Shown here: in pieces, positions 27,110-41,064 of the stretch
Position numbering within the stretch: position 1 is the first letter of the stretch
Layout of the letters: each line of letters opens with the position of its first letter
The notes under the pieces: model-generated
Seen by the model: only the letters and a program-made list of their open reading frames with translations
Database searches by the model: none
Told to the model about the DNA's origin: nothing
Position numbers and translations under genes: made by a program
From: Harriotta raleighana
Lineage: Eukaryota
Direction of reading: 5' to 3'
Length of the DNA stretch: 64,000 bases
NCBI GenBank assembly: GCA_050575255.1
Contig: JBNZDD010013700.1
Coordinates: 6,189,396-6,253,395, forward strand

Positions 27110-27720
27110 AGGATGCTTAGTAATGTCATATCATTGGAGAGCTGTCAGTCAGGCCTCCATCCATCTGGCTAATTGGCTTCTTGCCGTATTTCACTCATGT
27201 TTTTCTTAACTGGTCGCCTCTGGCAAGAAATGCAAATGACAGACAGAACAGTCTGGCAGGCTGCAGCTTCTTAATTATCTGTCAGAGTAAAGACCAGTAG
27301 AGCCCAGGTCGCACAGTGGAGTTATGCTAAGCAGCAATGCATCTTGGGGATAGAAATGACAGCTCATTTTCCTTTTTGCGTTTTTGGCAGACTGACACCA
27401 TAGGTATGTGGATTTCCCAGTTTCCCAGTCAACACCTGGGCCATTGCTCAAGAGAGAATAGTGCCAAGTGTCTGGCTTATTAAGTCAATGGCTTCTTTCC
27501 TTCTCTGTGACAGAATTGTTGACAAACGTCAGTGGTTGTTCATGCATCATGTGAAATGCCTGCCATGATTATGTCAGGAGACTGCCAGAAACTGTTTTTG
27601 TTACAAATCCAGGTGACAGAACACTGTCAATTCTGAAAACATTTCCCTCCATAAACTGCAAACTTTATCAAACGTCAAATTAGGCAACATTGCGTTTTTT
27701 TCACTCTCTGAACTACAGTT
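27110..27720. promoter_or_regulatory. Candidate enhancer / conserved non-coding element rich in TGACAG (MEIS/PREP/TGIF) motifs
   Basis: Seven exact TGACAG/CTGTCA hexamers in 27142-27629 within complex sequence, with no repeat signature and no ORF. Confidence 0.5.
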
Positions 27721-30239
27721 TGCCTACCAGTGTGTAAAAAAAAGGTTTGCGTACCTCATGTTAAAATGTAGTTGGAAAATAATAGAAAGTTGATTAACAA
27801 CTTTTTCATACAGATTCTTATCATTTTTATGATAAAGTTTACAAACAAAAAAAGTTTATTAGCATTGCAAGATAATAGTACTCTTGTTTGATATGGCTGG
27901 GGGAACTATCCCATGGTAAAGCGAGCATAGCGACAGCAATTTGCGGGTGAATTAAGTTAATGTTGATGTGAAAAGCACTATATCAAATGCAAGGACTATT
28001 ATACCATTATTATATTTCAGCTTTATAAGATGTGGCTGTACAGATTGGGACTGAAAAGACAGTTTGAACCTGAATTGTCTGAAGAAAAATTATTGAAGAG
28101 GAATTTATCTAACATAGCAACAACAACAACAAAATTACATTTGTCTAGTGCCTTTCAAGTTGAGACGATGCCTCACCATTTGACAGTGTGCAAAATTTAG
28201 CAAATTGTTGAATTCTGTTTTAACTTTAAACATTATTTGCTGGAATAGAAAACACTAAATAAAAACTTCTAAACTAATTACTGTACTTAAGAATTTGACA
28301 AATTCTGCACAATGTGAAATGCAATCTAACTAAATTTGTAACTGACCTTCTGCTGGATGCACATGTGTGGATACTGGATGAGAATAGAATTGTTGTTCTG
28401 TGATTTGCATCCTCTCCCCCCCTCCTCACACATGAATACACATTACAGCACTGCATATCCACATGCTGGTTAATCAACCGTTCAGCACAGTTAAGTAATT
28501 ACACATCTACTTAACTGTACTGGAACTTAGCTCTTGGATGAAGTTGGTGAAACTTTATACAGAAAATGTCACCCTGTTTTGTTAATAGGGGCATGATTCT
28601 CAGCACCCCAGCACAAGTTTAAAGTAGCAACTTAATTCAGTTTTGTCCTTCAAAATTAGGCACACAGCATGATTTGAGAGAAAGACAGACAACCAACAGA
28701 CAAGACAGACGGACATGACCCGGAGGAGAAAGAGAGAGAGAGAGGACAGATTTGAGCAGCAACTGTTTCCTCGAACAATATCCATGGCTCGGACAATAGC
28801 CTACATATTAGATGGGAAGACAGAATAACAACAACAAATTACATTTGTACAGCACCTTTCACATCAGGAGAAACCCCTAGCGATAGCTAATAACTAATAA
28901 AACTCACTTCCCTCTTTAACAGGAGCATTTTTGAGGGCTTAACCCTTCAGGAGCACATATATCAACAGTGTTTATGGTATCTACTTGTCAAAATTGTTTT
29001 ATTTGCCATCACCATTCATCCCACACACCTGTCTATTCTTTCTTTTGCAGTAACCAACTGATCCTCGTCCTTTGGGTGAGACAATAAACCGAGCTCCATC
29101 TGCCATGATTATGAGCTGATAGGAATACTGGGCTGCATTTTGTAGTATTTCTTAACAAAATTTCTTAATTAAGAAATCTTATATGATATTGAATTTTATG
29201 AATGCCAACAGTAATATCATTCTAATTCTATTTTGTGAACAATTTGGTGTGACATTTTTTGCTTTACTGGAATGAGTTCCTTTCCAGATTTTTCAATCAA
29301 TCGCATTAAGTTAAAACTCTGTAGTGACAAAAGACACCAAGTCATCAAGGATGAGTACTTGCAAACACAAGGCTGTTTATATATCAGTGCAGCTAATATT
29401 GTTACACTCGGGGCTTGTAGATGGGTTGTATATAGGACCAGCTTGCAAGGAAAACCTGTATGCAATAGCCATGTTTTAAAAATTAAAGTGATATCTAGAG
29501 TTATTGTGGTTTATTTCTAGTGCATAGAGTTCTCGGTGCAACATTTGACAGTTTTAATTTTTGTCAGAAACTGAATCTGAATATGTACATTCATATCATT
29601 AAGCGTCAATCACAAATTAGTTGTTATTTAACTGTAAATCCACTCCACCATAGAAATAAAATGTTGTTTATATACCATCAGTTGTTGCTATATAAATATA
29701 ATTTTATTGTTGTTGTTTGTTGTTTATTTATTTTTACACACATAATTCTGCAGAAGTCTCTATACAAACTACCAAAACAATGGTATTGTTTTTTTCAGTC
29801 ACCTGCCTTGGGATTATTTATGAGCGAAGTATGGTGGATCGGTATTTGGGGAGGACAAGATTGCAGGACTATAGAGAGAAAGCAGGTCAGTGAGATTGTG
29901 TTGGATTGCAGAGTCAGCACAGAAATGATGGGTCGAATGGCCTACTTCTGTGCTGTATGATTCTATGATTTCAAAGTACTGTACATGGAGGGAATACCAT
30001 TTAGTTGGCATTTTTAACTATAATTCCTGGTGGCAATTGTTTCCATAAGGGGAAGTTTAGCTCAGCCTCGATTAGGAAAAGAGTGAAACAAACTCTTTTC
30101 ATGAACACCAGTAATTTTCTTTTGTCTTATATTATTCTCATTTTGTTAGGATATTCGATTTCTGACAGGCCAACTACAGCTCAGAATTCAGAGTCAGAAA
30201 AACTCAGCATAGACACAATAAACAAAAGAGCCCAAGATT

Positions 30240-30858
30240 ATTTTCCCCCATTCTCCCCCGGCCCCATTTCCGTGACTGTTTGTGGGACATTGCTATGCAC
30301 AATTTGGCTGCTGCGTTTCGCCCAAACCTCTCTTCCCCCTACCCCTCCCTTAACCCCTTCCCCACTTTCATCCCTGGCCCCCTCACTTCCATTGCTGTTT
30401 GTGGGACACTGCTGTGCACAATTTGGCTGCTGCGTTTCACCCACAAATTTATTGTCAATTTTCCTACTCTCCTTCCCACTACCACGAACCCTCTCCCCCC
30501 CCCCCCCNCCCATTTCCGTGACTGTTTGTGGGACATTGCTATGCACAATTTGGCTGCTGCGTTTCGCCCAAACCTCTCTTCCCCCTACCCCTCCCTTAAC
30601 CCCTTCCCCACTTTCATCCCTGGCCCCCTCACTTCCATGGCTGTTTGTGGGACACTGCTGTGCACAATTTGGCTGCCGCGTTTCACCCACAAATTTATTG
30701 TCAATTTTCCTACTCTCCTTCCCACTACCACGAACCCTCTCCCCCCCCCCCCCTGCTCTGGTCCCTACTTTGGGACATTGTCGTATTCTGTAAAGCGCTT
30801 TGGGACGTCGATAAGATGTGGAAAGCGAAATATAAATGTAAGGATTATTATTATTATT
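30240..30858 (+). mobile_element. SINE with internally duplicated Deu core (further doubled across the N at 30508)
   Basis: Four copies of ctgtttgtgggaca(t/c)tgct(a/g)tgcacaatttggctgc, ending in an (ATT)n tail. Confidence 0.75.
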
Positions 30859-32797
30859 CAAACAGTCTTGATTCCCTCACAGGAGCACTGCCACAAAAAC
30901 AAATAGAAACATTTTACAGGATCTTTTCTAGACTCTGTTGGTGTATTAGGTGGTGGTGTGGGGGGAGAAGAGGGAAGAGTGGCATTTCCATTTCCTGGAG
31001 GGGAAAGGAATTCCCTTCAAACATTCCCCATTGCTCAAATATGCCTCATTAGTGGTTACCTGTGAAACTGCAACAATATTATCTCTATAAATGTACATAA
31101 ATTGAGTAATCTCAACCTCTTGGGACATCCTCCCGACATGAAAGGCACTCTATAAATGTAATTTTCGTATGTACTCTTGGTCAAGGAAGGCAGTAGGGAT
31201 GCAGTGTGAATCTTGGTGCAAAGAGACAGGAAGAAAAGCTGCATCATAAAGTTGGCTCCATACTTATTTTATAAATATAGCTAAGACTGTTTAGGAAAAT
31301 ATTTACAAAAGTGAGTATAGGATGACTATTGGTTTAAGTTGGACAATTGATAGAGTATAGACTAAGTTTATAGAGTACAGACTTTGATGCAGTTCAAATT
31401 CCCAGGAAGGCATCCATATCCTTTCAAACAGAAGAACTGATGATGCCCAATTATAAAATAGTTGCATATTTCCCTTTCCCTTCTCCCCAGATACCTGGCA
31501 TTCATATGTGTTATGACATCTAGGTGATCACATACTAGTTGATCAACAATAGCAACAACAACTTGACTTATATTGTGCCCTTCAGGCAGGGCAGCATTTC
31601 GGAGTGCTGAAAGATCACTTAAAGAATGTAAACCTTTGCAGTTTATATATGCTATATCCAAGAGCTGTATAGTTGTAGTCTGTATAGTTGTAGTCAATCA
31701 CACTCTGGTAAACCTACCATGTTATAGAAAGACTGCAGCCTAATTTCAGCCTCCTAATCTGATGACTAGCGCAAAATCCAACTTCCTCAATAACAATGTG
31801 TGTGGTATCTTTGCTTATCCAAGGCATGTCCCCAGTGGGAATTTTGAATGAGCCACAAGCATAATTTTGAGTGTCATGAGCAGTGCTATGTGTATTGTTG
31901 AGATCTCCTGCAGTTCAACCTTCATGGAGTTCAGCAACGGCTTCCCTTGGGATTTGCAACATCCCAACCCATTGCTCCTCACATCAAATTAAATGACTTG
32001 AGCTACTTCTGGAAAGATACTGCCTAGGTCCTGGGACAGAACTGGCCTCCTGCTGTTATACTGTGATCTGCCATATCTCCCTGACCTTGCTCCTCCTTCT
32101 TCATGATCACAAAATCTACTGGGGGATTCAGTTCCCATCAGCCTCCAAGACACTTAAAATATTTGTAATATTTGCACCAGCATAGCTTAATTATCCCTTT
32201 AGCAAAAATGACAGTAAATGCAGATTGTTAATTGCACTTAATCATGCACAGAGTGCAAATTAGGTTGAAAACATGAGAATTCAGAACAAAGTTTATGAAT
32301 CTAGAATTCGGCCAATAACCAGATGTGCACACACAGGAATTCCATTCCATCACAATTTATTTCTTCCCTCATAGGATTAGTGTTCCCACAAGGTCGGTGC
32401 AATGCTCATGTGGTTACCAGCACAATTAAAGATTCATGAAGTTTTTGCAAATGCTGCTTGTCTGACCCCACTCCATTCGATAATGGCCTACAATGATGGC
32501 TATTTTCACTCTTTATCTAAATGATCTACAAACCACTGGTACCCAAAGTGTTTTGTAGACCATTCAGCTAAAGAATAAAGTCTGTGTCTTTCTAAATTAC
32601 CGATTTTAGATGTGTCGTATAAGTTTTGCTTTCACAATTTCAATACTTTCTAAAACTGAATTGTCTTGATAATTTACTATTTATTTGTTCGATTTTATTG
32701 GGATACAGTACATTGTTTTAAAGTTTTATTCACTTTTAACAAAACAAAATCAGAAATTGTCTTGTCAGCATCCTACGGAAATATAATTTAGTTCTCC

Positions 32798-33274
32798 TGT
32801 CGAATTTAGGATGTAGTCGCTATAGCTAGGATTAAACAAATACTCGCAAACAGAGTTAGCACAGAAATATAGTTTATTAAACACTTGCAGCAAGGAGAGG
32901 GAAAGTACGACTCTCTAGAGAGTCGGTACTCTACCTCCACCGATGGGGCAGTCCCATGGGTTAATGTACAGAATCGATCTCAGATTACCTCTCAACATAA
33001 CAATGTTTGATAGACAGTCACTCAGTAAACAATCAAAAATAGTTCTGAGACAGTACCAGGCAGTCCAAGGATGTTGATTGGTTCTTTTAGGTAAGTTCCC
33101 AATCATTCAGATATTCCAAAGTCCTTGACGTACTTTCTTGTTTTGTACCAGACAAATTGGCTGGCTTCAGGAGAAAAGCGACCGGATAGTCACAATAAGC
33201 TTATTTTACGGTTACAGGCAGCACCAAAAACATTCTGATGAAATACTATTTTTAACATAAAGTACAATTCCACA
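32798..33274 (-). mobile_element. Solo LTR (477 bp)
   Basis: Inverted ends TGTCGAATT...AATTCCACA, a 4-bp TSD CTCC (32794-97 and 33275-78), and minus-strand AATAAA at 32873-32878. Confidence 0.85.
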
Positions 33275-33749
33275 CTCCCAAGATGCTATTTCTGTGTGAG
33301 CGATGATATAATAAATGGAAGTTACCGTTGTTGTCTTGAAAGGTCAATAGAGTTGCAAATGATTACAGCTCATTCACCCAGAAGATTTCTGGGGTCAAAA
33401 TATAATGCATTTATGTTCTGTGTGGAAAGTATATATAATAATGATCTAGGCTAAAACAATCATCATTGATTTACAGTTGTGTGCAATTGGCTGCCACATT
33501 TCATCTATAAATATACTGTACTTTAGTCAATTTACTTTACTGTATATTCTGCGAAGAGCTTTGAGACATCNGTATATATAATATAATAATGATCTAGGCT
33601 AAAACAATCATCATTGATTTACAGTTGTGTGCAATTGGCTGCCACATTTCATCTATAAATATACTGTACTTTAGTCAATTTACTTTACTGTATATTCTGC
33701 GAAGAGCTTTGAGACATCTGAAAAGTGTAAAATCAAATGCAAGGATTAT

Positions 33750-34040
33750 TGGACTCCTGTAGCTCTCCTTACAAGCGAGAGACCTGGGTTCAATTCCAGG
33801 CAGGGCAAAACCTTGGGCAGGTTTCCTTACTCCACATGCCTGGCAATAATCCCTCAAAAAGAAAGAATAAAATTGGTCATTTCAATCCACAACTGTTTGT
33901 GGGACACTGCTGTGCGCAATTGGCTGCCATTTTGCCCACAAATATGCACTTAATTCATTTTACAATATATTCTGTGAAGCACTTTGAAATATCTAGAAGA
34001 CGTGATAAGGCATTGTATTAAATGCAAGGATAATTATTAT
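33750..34040 (+). mobile_element. tRNA-derived SINE
   Basis: ggactcctgtagctc...gggttcaattccagg head, Deu-like core and tail. Confidence 0.8.
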
Positions 34041-35859
34041 AATTATCATTTATCTGATGGAAGCAGAAAGTGCATAAATAAATCACTTAGCTTCGTGATT
34101 CATTTGTCTATGCTACTGCCCATGGAATTCTGGAATAAATAGTTTGAGTTCTCCTGTCAAACAAAAACTCTAGATTGATTATGTGGTTTATTGTAGTCAC
34201 ATCCAATGACGAAAAATATAGATTGTTGCAGTACTGATATAGCACCACAGGATGTCACTAACACATTTAGAAACATTTAGCATTTGCAACTCATGCTTTC
34301 AGATATCTAACCATCATGAGAACAGGAGGAGGTCATGTAAATTATACCATCAATTCAGTAAACTAGACTAGACAAAAATTCCACCTGAGAATTTTCCCTT
34401 CCTCTACTTTATTTATGTAACAGTTCAAAGGATCCAAAAAATTTCAATCTAGTTTTATTTCTGAAGCCAGTTTTCTGTAGTTCTTGAACATATTTAACCT
34501 TCTAAGGCATCACACTGAATAAAATCGAATAATTATTAATACTGATGACTATGATCATTTTTTTTAAAAAAACAACTGTATAAAAGATTGCCTCAACTTT
34601 CAGTACAAATCTCTGACTCACAGAATCAGGTTCATTCCAAATGATTTAGCACTCGACATGTGGAGAAGTGCTATCTAGTTCAGGTTATTGAAGTGAATGT
34701 ATGTCAACCTGAAAGAGGCAATGCACCTCTATAGGTAGATAGTTCAATAAAAGTATGCAAAATTATTTTTTTCACTGATTATGTAAAATAGAACATGTAA
34801 TAAAAACATTCACTTTTATTACCTGGAAAATCTGCTTTACTCCGGGATTATTTGCAAGTTTATTAAGTGAGAACAAACAAGAAGAAAAAAGCAAAGAAAC
34901 TCTTCCCTTTCTCCCACAATATTGAAAGCACCAAATTCCAGATCAACAAAACATTTTAACAAGTCCCATTTGTATACACAATAGATCTATGGAATCACTG
35001 CTAATATCAAGACTAATTGCTTTGGATCAGATAAGTCAAATGAACATTTGCCAGGCAAGCGAGCGTTGATGATGCCTCCAGGCATCTGTTGTAGAATGAA
35101 CTAGACCTGCAGAGGTGATCACGTGCTGATGTGGATGGCAGGAACCTTTATCATAGTCAAGAAGTAGTTTACAGTAAATCTACAGCACAATAGTATGCAC
35201 CAGATTAATTTCCTTCTGGGTTTGGAAATTCCCCTGCTGCTCTTCCAGTTAGCTGTATTTTGGCACTAAACTAATTTTGGAAGTTCACTGAAAATAACCC
35301 CTGATATGCAAGTACAGTTTTTTCAATCTGATACATTAAAACACGCATAAATCTTATCTTTATAAATCATATAATTGCCTCAAAGTCCACCCAAGTCACA
35401 TTGAGTTTCCTATTTAACAACCACTTTGTTTTCTTTGCTAGTTTTGGAATTGTATCCCGCAGTCCCTCCCTAGTGTCCTTCAAGTCCCGCCTCAAGACCC
35501 ACTGCTTCGACGGTCCCATCAGTCATACCAAATCTTCTCTTTTCATTTTATTTTCCCTAATCCATATCCCAGTTCATTTCTGAAACCTTGACTGTACAGT
35601 GCCTTGAGACATCCTCCCGATGTGAAAGGTGCTATACAAATGGAATTTTGTTGTTGGTATTATAACCCCTTAACTTGTAATGCTGCACTACTACCCTCCA
35701 TTAGTCCCACACTTACTGACTGCATTGAATCACAAGTCGTGATATCCTGATTTACTGATGCATATGTATTTATCAGTAGCTGCTTTGAATTGTGGGAGCT
35801 ATAGGAACTCTTATAATCTCTTCTCATCTAGCCTCTCCTGATAAGTATTTATAAAGCCT

Positions 35860-38340
35860 AGTACTGTATCCTGTATGCTTTTTTAAACAGGGTTATCTAT
35901 CTGTCTTTCTACCTTTAAGATTTACCTATATGATCATCAAGGTTTTTCTGTTCCTTGACACCCTTCAAGATTTTACTATCTAGTTTATATTGCCTCTTCT
36001 CATTCTTCCACTGAAAATGTATCAATTTGCATTTATCCACATTAAACTTTATCTGCCATGCATCTGCACATTTTACCAGTCTGTCTATGTCCCCTTGCAG
36101 TCTGCTACTCTCCTTACTGTTTACTATTTTTCCTAGATTTGTATCATCTGCAGATTTGGAAATTGTACTCCTATTTAAAGTCCAGGTGATTTATATCCTC
36201 TTTGCTCCCTAATTGGAACCAGCCTATCTTGGTTAACTTTTTATTCTATTTATTCTATATGCTTACAAAATAGCTTAGGGTTTTATGTTACCCTCTAATC
36301 TTCTCATATAATCTCTTTGCCCCTTTTATTTCCTTTTGTAGTTCTCCTCTGTCCTTTCTATATTCTATTTGATTTTCTTCTATATTTTGGACCTGACATT
36401 TATCATACACATTCTTTTTCTGTTTTGTTTTAATCCCAATTTCCTTAGTCATCCAAAGAGGCTTGGATGCCCTACCTTTCCCCTTTTGGGAATGTATTTG
36501 TCTTTCCAGTCAACCTTCCAGTCCAGTCCTATGATCCTTTTTAACTTACTGAAATTAGCCCTCTTCCATTTGAGCATCTTCTCCTTTGATTGTTCCTAGT
36601 CCCTTTTCATAAGTATTCATACTTAATGATGTTGTGATCACTATTGTCCAGATGCTCTCCTACTGAAACCTGCTCCACTTGTCCCAATTCATTTTCCAGA
36701 ACCAGATCCAATAGTGCTTCCTTCCCTGTTAGGAATTTATAATGTGCACATGTTAGGAACCCTAACCCCCTTATTACCCTTTACACTGTTATTTTGTCAG
36801 TCTATGATAGGATAATTGAAGTCCCCCATTATCACTATTGATTTTGCATTTTTCTGAAATCTGCTTCTAGTATTGCCCATCTATCTGCTTCACACTATTT
36901 GGTGATCTCTAGTATACACATAACTGAGTAAGAGCACCTTTTCTGCTCCTTAACTCTTACCTAATAGATTCTGTTTTTGGTCCCGAACACATCGTCCTTT
37001 TAAAACGATGTTTTTAATCAATAAAGCTATACCTCTCTGTTTCTTTCCCTATTCCTCCTGAAAATCTTGTAGCCAGAAATATTAAGCTCCTATTCCTGCC
37101 CTTGTTTGAGCCAGGTCTCTGTTATTGCCACTACATCATAACCCCTTGTGGCAACTTGTGCCTGCAGGTCACCAATCTTATTTGTGGCAATTCGTGCATT
37201 CACGCACATGCATCCAAGACCGACTGAATCTGCTCTTCCCTCGTCTAATCCCTCCTTTTTCCAAACTACGCCTTATTACATTGCTATTTGTCTTTCCCAG
37301 CTCTAAGTAACATGTTTGTTCTCTCTAATGTTACATCTTGATTACCTTCCCCCTCAAAATTAGTTTAAACCCTTCCTTACAGCAGTAGTTAACCACCCAG
37401 TGAGGACATTGGTCCCAGTCCTGTTCAGGTGTAACCCATCCACCTTGTACAGCACCCACCTGCTCCCAAACTGTTCCAATGATCCAGGAGGCTAAAACAC
37501 TATTTCTCTAGTCATGCTTGATCCTGCTGTTTTAATATTTCCTTGCACAAGGTACTGGGAATAATTTAGCTTTCACCACCTTTGAGGTCCTACTCTTTAG
37601 CTTTTTTCTTACCTTCTAATACTTTCTCTGTGGGATTACAACCCTTTTTTTTCCCTATGTCATGGATCCCAACATGGACCATGACTTCTGGATATTCTCC
37701 TTCCCCCTGTGAAATGTTTTATACACGTTGCATGATTTCTTCAATGATGGCACCAGGAAGGCAACATACCATGTGAGAGTCACATCTTTGGTTGCAGAAA
37801 TGTACAGTATGTCTGCATCTTTTCACCATTGTATCCATACTGACAATTGCATTGACACTCTTCCATGTGTACCTCTGTGCATCTACAGTATTTGCTTTTG
37901 AATCCCCCCTCCCGAGGAGTCATCACTCACACCAGTATTCATTATAGAAACCTGGTCTGTGATTGTCACATTCTTGGAATTTCTGCACTGCCTGTCCTCT
38001 CATCCTACCATGCTGGGTGGTCACCCACTCACTCTCCTTCTGAACCCTCTGTAGCTGTGAAATCACATGAAATGTTCGATCCATGACATTTTTAGCTTCC
38101 CGTATGCTATGAAGTGACACCATTCTCTCCTCAAGCTCAGAAGCCCTGACCTCAAGCTTGAGCAGCCGGAGGCACTTCCTACACACATGTGTTTGACCAG
38201 GCCACACAAAGTATCTTAAAGTACCCACAAATATACAGTCAATTTTTCCTACTCCTTTCCCTGAGCCCTCCNTACATGTGTTTGTCCAGGCCACACAAAG
38301 TATCTTAAAGTTCCCACATGGCACACATTGTGTACGCAAA
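35860..38340 (-). mobile_element. Decayed CR1 LINE retaining ORF1 (Cys-rich/coiled coil plus SGNH esterase) and APE endonuclease
   Basis: Manual minus-strand reading gives HVCRKCLRLLKLE, VCCLPGA (~37750-37770), VMVHVG, DGLHLN (~37425-37440), then NAR, AITETWL, VIMGDFNYP, LLDLVL and SDHN. An RT C-terminal scrap lies at ~35870-36180. Confidence 0.82.
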
Positions 38341-39285
38341 CAGTCTCAACTGCCCTATCATATTCCCAGAGATGCTTATATTTTAATATAAGTACAGTNA
38401 AACATTGTGTACGCAAACAGTCTCAACTGCCCTATCATATTCCCAGAGATGCTTATATTTTAATATAAGTACAGTATTACTGTATATATTTTATAATTTT
38501 GCAACTCTTCCCCGCTCTGCACCGAATTCTCACTCTCACCAAATTCCCTAACAGAATTCTCATTCTATTCCACCTCATTCTGCTGGGCTCTCTGCTCAAG
38601 TCATGCTTTGTATCATCTATAATTTTTGCTTATGTGCTTGTGACTTCTAGCTCCAGATCATTTATGAAGACATTAAACAAAAGGGGTCTGAATACAGACC
38701 ATGTGGATCTCCACTGTTAACATTATCCAAGCCTCATGATATTCTGTGTATCACCTCCCTCTGCTTTCTATCAACCAATGACATATGCATTGTAAAATAA
38801 TTCCATTGATTCCAGCTTGTTTTATTTTCAGTACAACAACAGTATTGCCTCTAGAGGAGGGGTAGCTCCCTTATGTCACAATGACCAAAAATGTGTAGAG
38901 TGTTCAAAATGGGGTCTGACCAGACCATCGTGCAGCCTGAGTGTGTCTTCTGGAGATCTAAACAACTGATTTAGTAATATTGGCCAATATACTTTATACT
39001 GTTTGTCTTATTTTTTGCTCAATGTGAAATAGTGAGCAACAAATCAACCAACACCCTAAAATCTCTTTCAGCTTCCCACTTGTGTTCCCATCCACGGAAT
39101 ACTGTACAGTACAGTACTTGAGTTTCTTATTTTTGGATTGTGTACGTTTTCATTTTTAATATTAAAATTTATTTGTCAGTTATGAACACATATACACATT
39201 CTATCAACTTCTCTTTGTAGTACCTTTGCTGCCTCCTCTGATTCCACAGTTTCCACCAATTTGCAGTCTTCTACAAATTTAAATA

Positions 39286-39450
39286 CAGTAAAACCTTTTT
39301 TATCTGTTACTCGAATAATCGGAAAACCCGTTCAACTGCCATTTAAAAAAAAAAGTCCCGATTCGATTAACCAGAAGTTATCTGGTGACGCGTTTAATGT
39401 CGAGTCTAAACTCGTTCCGAGTCCTTTTAAAAGTCATGGTTTTACCTTGT
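39286..39450. mobile_element. One end of the same MITE family as 11393-11996
   Basis: TA|CAGTAAAACC... and the shared ggaaaacccgtt.aactg...aaaagtcccgattcga segment. The other end was not found. Confidence 0.6.
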
Positions 39451-39996
39451 TTGCTTGGAGCATGGGCTCCAAAGGGGGCATGTCTCTCTCTCTCTTGTAA
39501 GGCGAGTGCTCTAACCACTGAGCTACAGGCACTCCAATTTGCAAGTCTATGTCATTTATACACACTGTACGAGGAACCGGAAGAACAGGAGGAGTACATA
39601 GTACAGACCCATGGGACACTGCTTAATACCTCTTCCGATTTTGACCTCACTCTCTTAAAAAAGACACTCTGCCGCTCCTTTTCTTCAGCGAATCCATTCC
39701 ATGGATTGCCCTAGGTAATCAGGGACTACAGCTTTTGAAAGTATATGATTCAACTTAGAAACGATACATGGAGTTGGTTCTGAGAATGAGTACGGTGTAA
39801 TACTTGGAAGAATACATACTATTTTAACTTTTCATTTACAACTTGGACATCAAGGACTGAACAGGATATAGTTTAATACAGCATTAACATTTAAATGATT
39901 GAAGCACAGTCTATAAAAATATGCAACGATTGCTCAATCCAATATCTACAACCAAAACAAGCTTAAATTTTACAATAGCACAACATTAATTGGTTT

Positions 39997-40258
39997 CAAC
40001 AACAACAACAAAATTACACTTGTATAGAACCTTTAATGTCAGGAGGACGTCCCAAGATGCTGGACAGCAATTGTGTCAAGCTGGGCTCAGGGACGGGGAT
40101 GGTGAACGAAAAGGGGGTAAATTGGGATGACAGATGGGACCATCGAAGAGGAGAGTCTTGAGGTGGGATATGAAAGAGGCCAGGGAGGGGGCGAGGTAGA
40201 GGGACTGCGGGATCAAGTTCCAGAGGTTGGGACAGAGTGCCTGAAGGCTTGCCTGGCA
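39997..40258 (-). mobile_element. L2 3' fragment abutting a CR1 tail
   Basis: (GTT)n tail, stem-loop and LWNLIPQSL...HLKTLLF. Confidence 0.8.
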
Positions 40259-40978
40259 ATAAGAACATAAGAACATAAGAATTAGGAGCAGGAGTAGGCC
40301 ATTCAGCCCTTCGAACCTGCCCCACCATTCCATAAGATCATGGCTGATCTTCTGACCTAACTCTAATTACCTGCCCTATCCCCATATCCCCTAATCCCTC
40401 TATTTTTTAAAAATCTATCAGTCTCAGCCTTGAAAAGGTTCAAGGACTGACCATCTAAGCCTTCTAGGGTAGGAAATTCCATAAATTCACTACCCTCCGT
40501 GTGAAGAAATGTTTCCTCAACACTGTTTTAAAAGGCTAACCCTTAATTTTAAGACTATGATCCTTGGTTGTAGATTCTCCTACGAGGGGAAACAGTCCCT
40601 CAGTGTTTACTTTATCCAGCAGTTTAAGAATCTTATATGTTTCAATAAGATCTCCCCTAATTCTTCTGTACTCTAGAGAATACAACTCTAGTTTATTCAA
40701 CCTATTCTCATAGGTCAGTCCCCTCATCCCAGGAACTAACCTAGTGAATCTGCACTGCACCCCCTCTAAGGCAAGTATGTCCTTTTTTAAATAAGGAGAC
40801 CAAAACTGCACACAATACTCTAGGTGCGGTCTCACCAAAGTCCTACACAGTGGCAGCAAGACTTCCCCACTCTTATACTCTAAACCTTTTGAAATGAACG
40901 CTAGCATGCCGTTCACCTTCTTAGTTGCTTGCTGTACCTGCAAACTAACATTTTGAGACTGGTGTACAAAGACACCCT
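40259..40978 (-). mobile_element. Young 5'-truncated CR1 LINE
   Basis: RTLVRPHLEYCVQFWSPYLKKDILALEGVQCRFTRL...RGDLIETYKIL, ending in a (TTCTTATG)n tail at 40261-40281. Confidence 0.92.
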
Positions 40979-41064
40979 TAAATTCTGTACCTTACATTGT
41001 CGCAATAGATACTTTGCCTCAGACAGACAGAACAATCACAGAAAACAATCACCTCTTTGCATGT

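Noticed and set aside
30240-30760. Tandem ~245-bp duplication and the long repetitive ORFs (262, 207, 208 aa)
   Set aside because: The duplication is centred on a single N (30508), typical of unmerged contig overlaps. The ORFs are translations of SINE sequence.
33428-33720. Near-perfect direct repeats around single Ns (33571; also 38272, 38399, 54314, 54913, 55071, 57530)
   Set aside because: Every case has an N at the junction, so these are most likely scaffolding or haplotype artefacts, not biological arrays.
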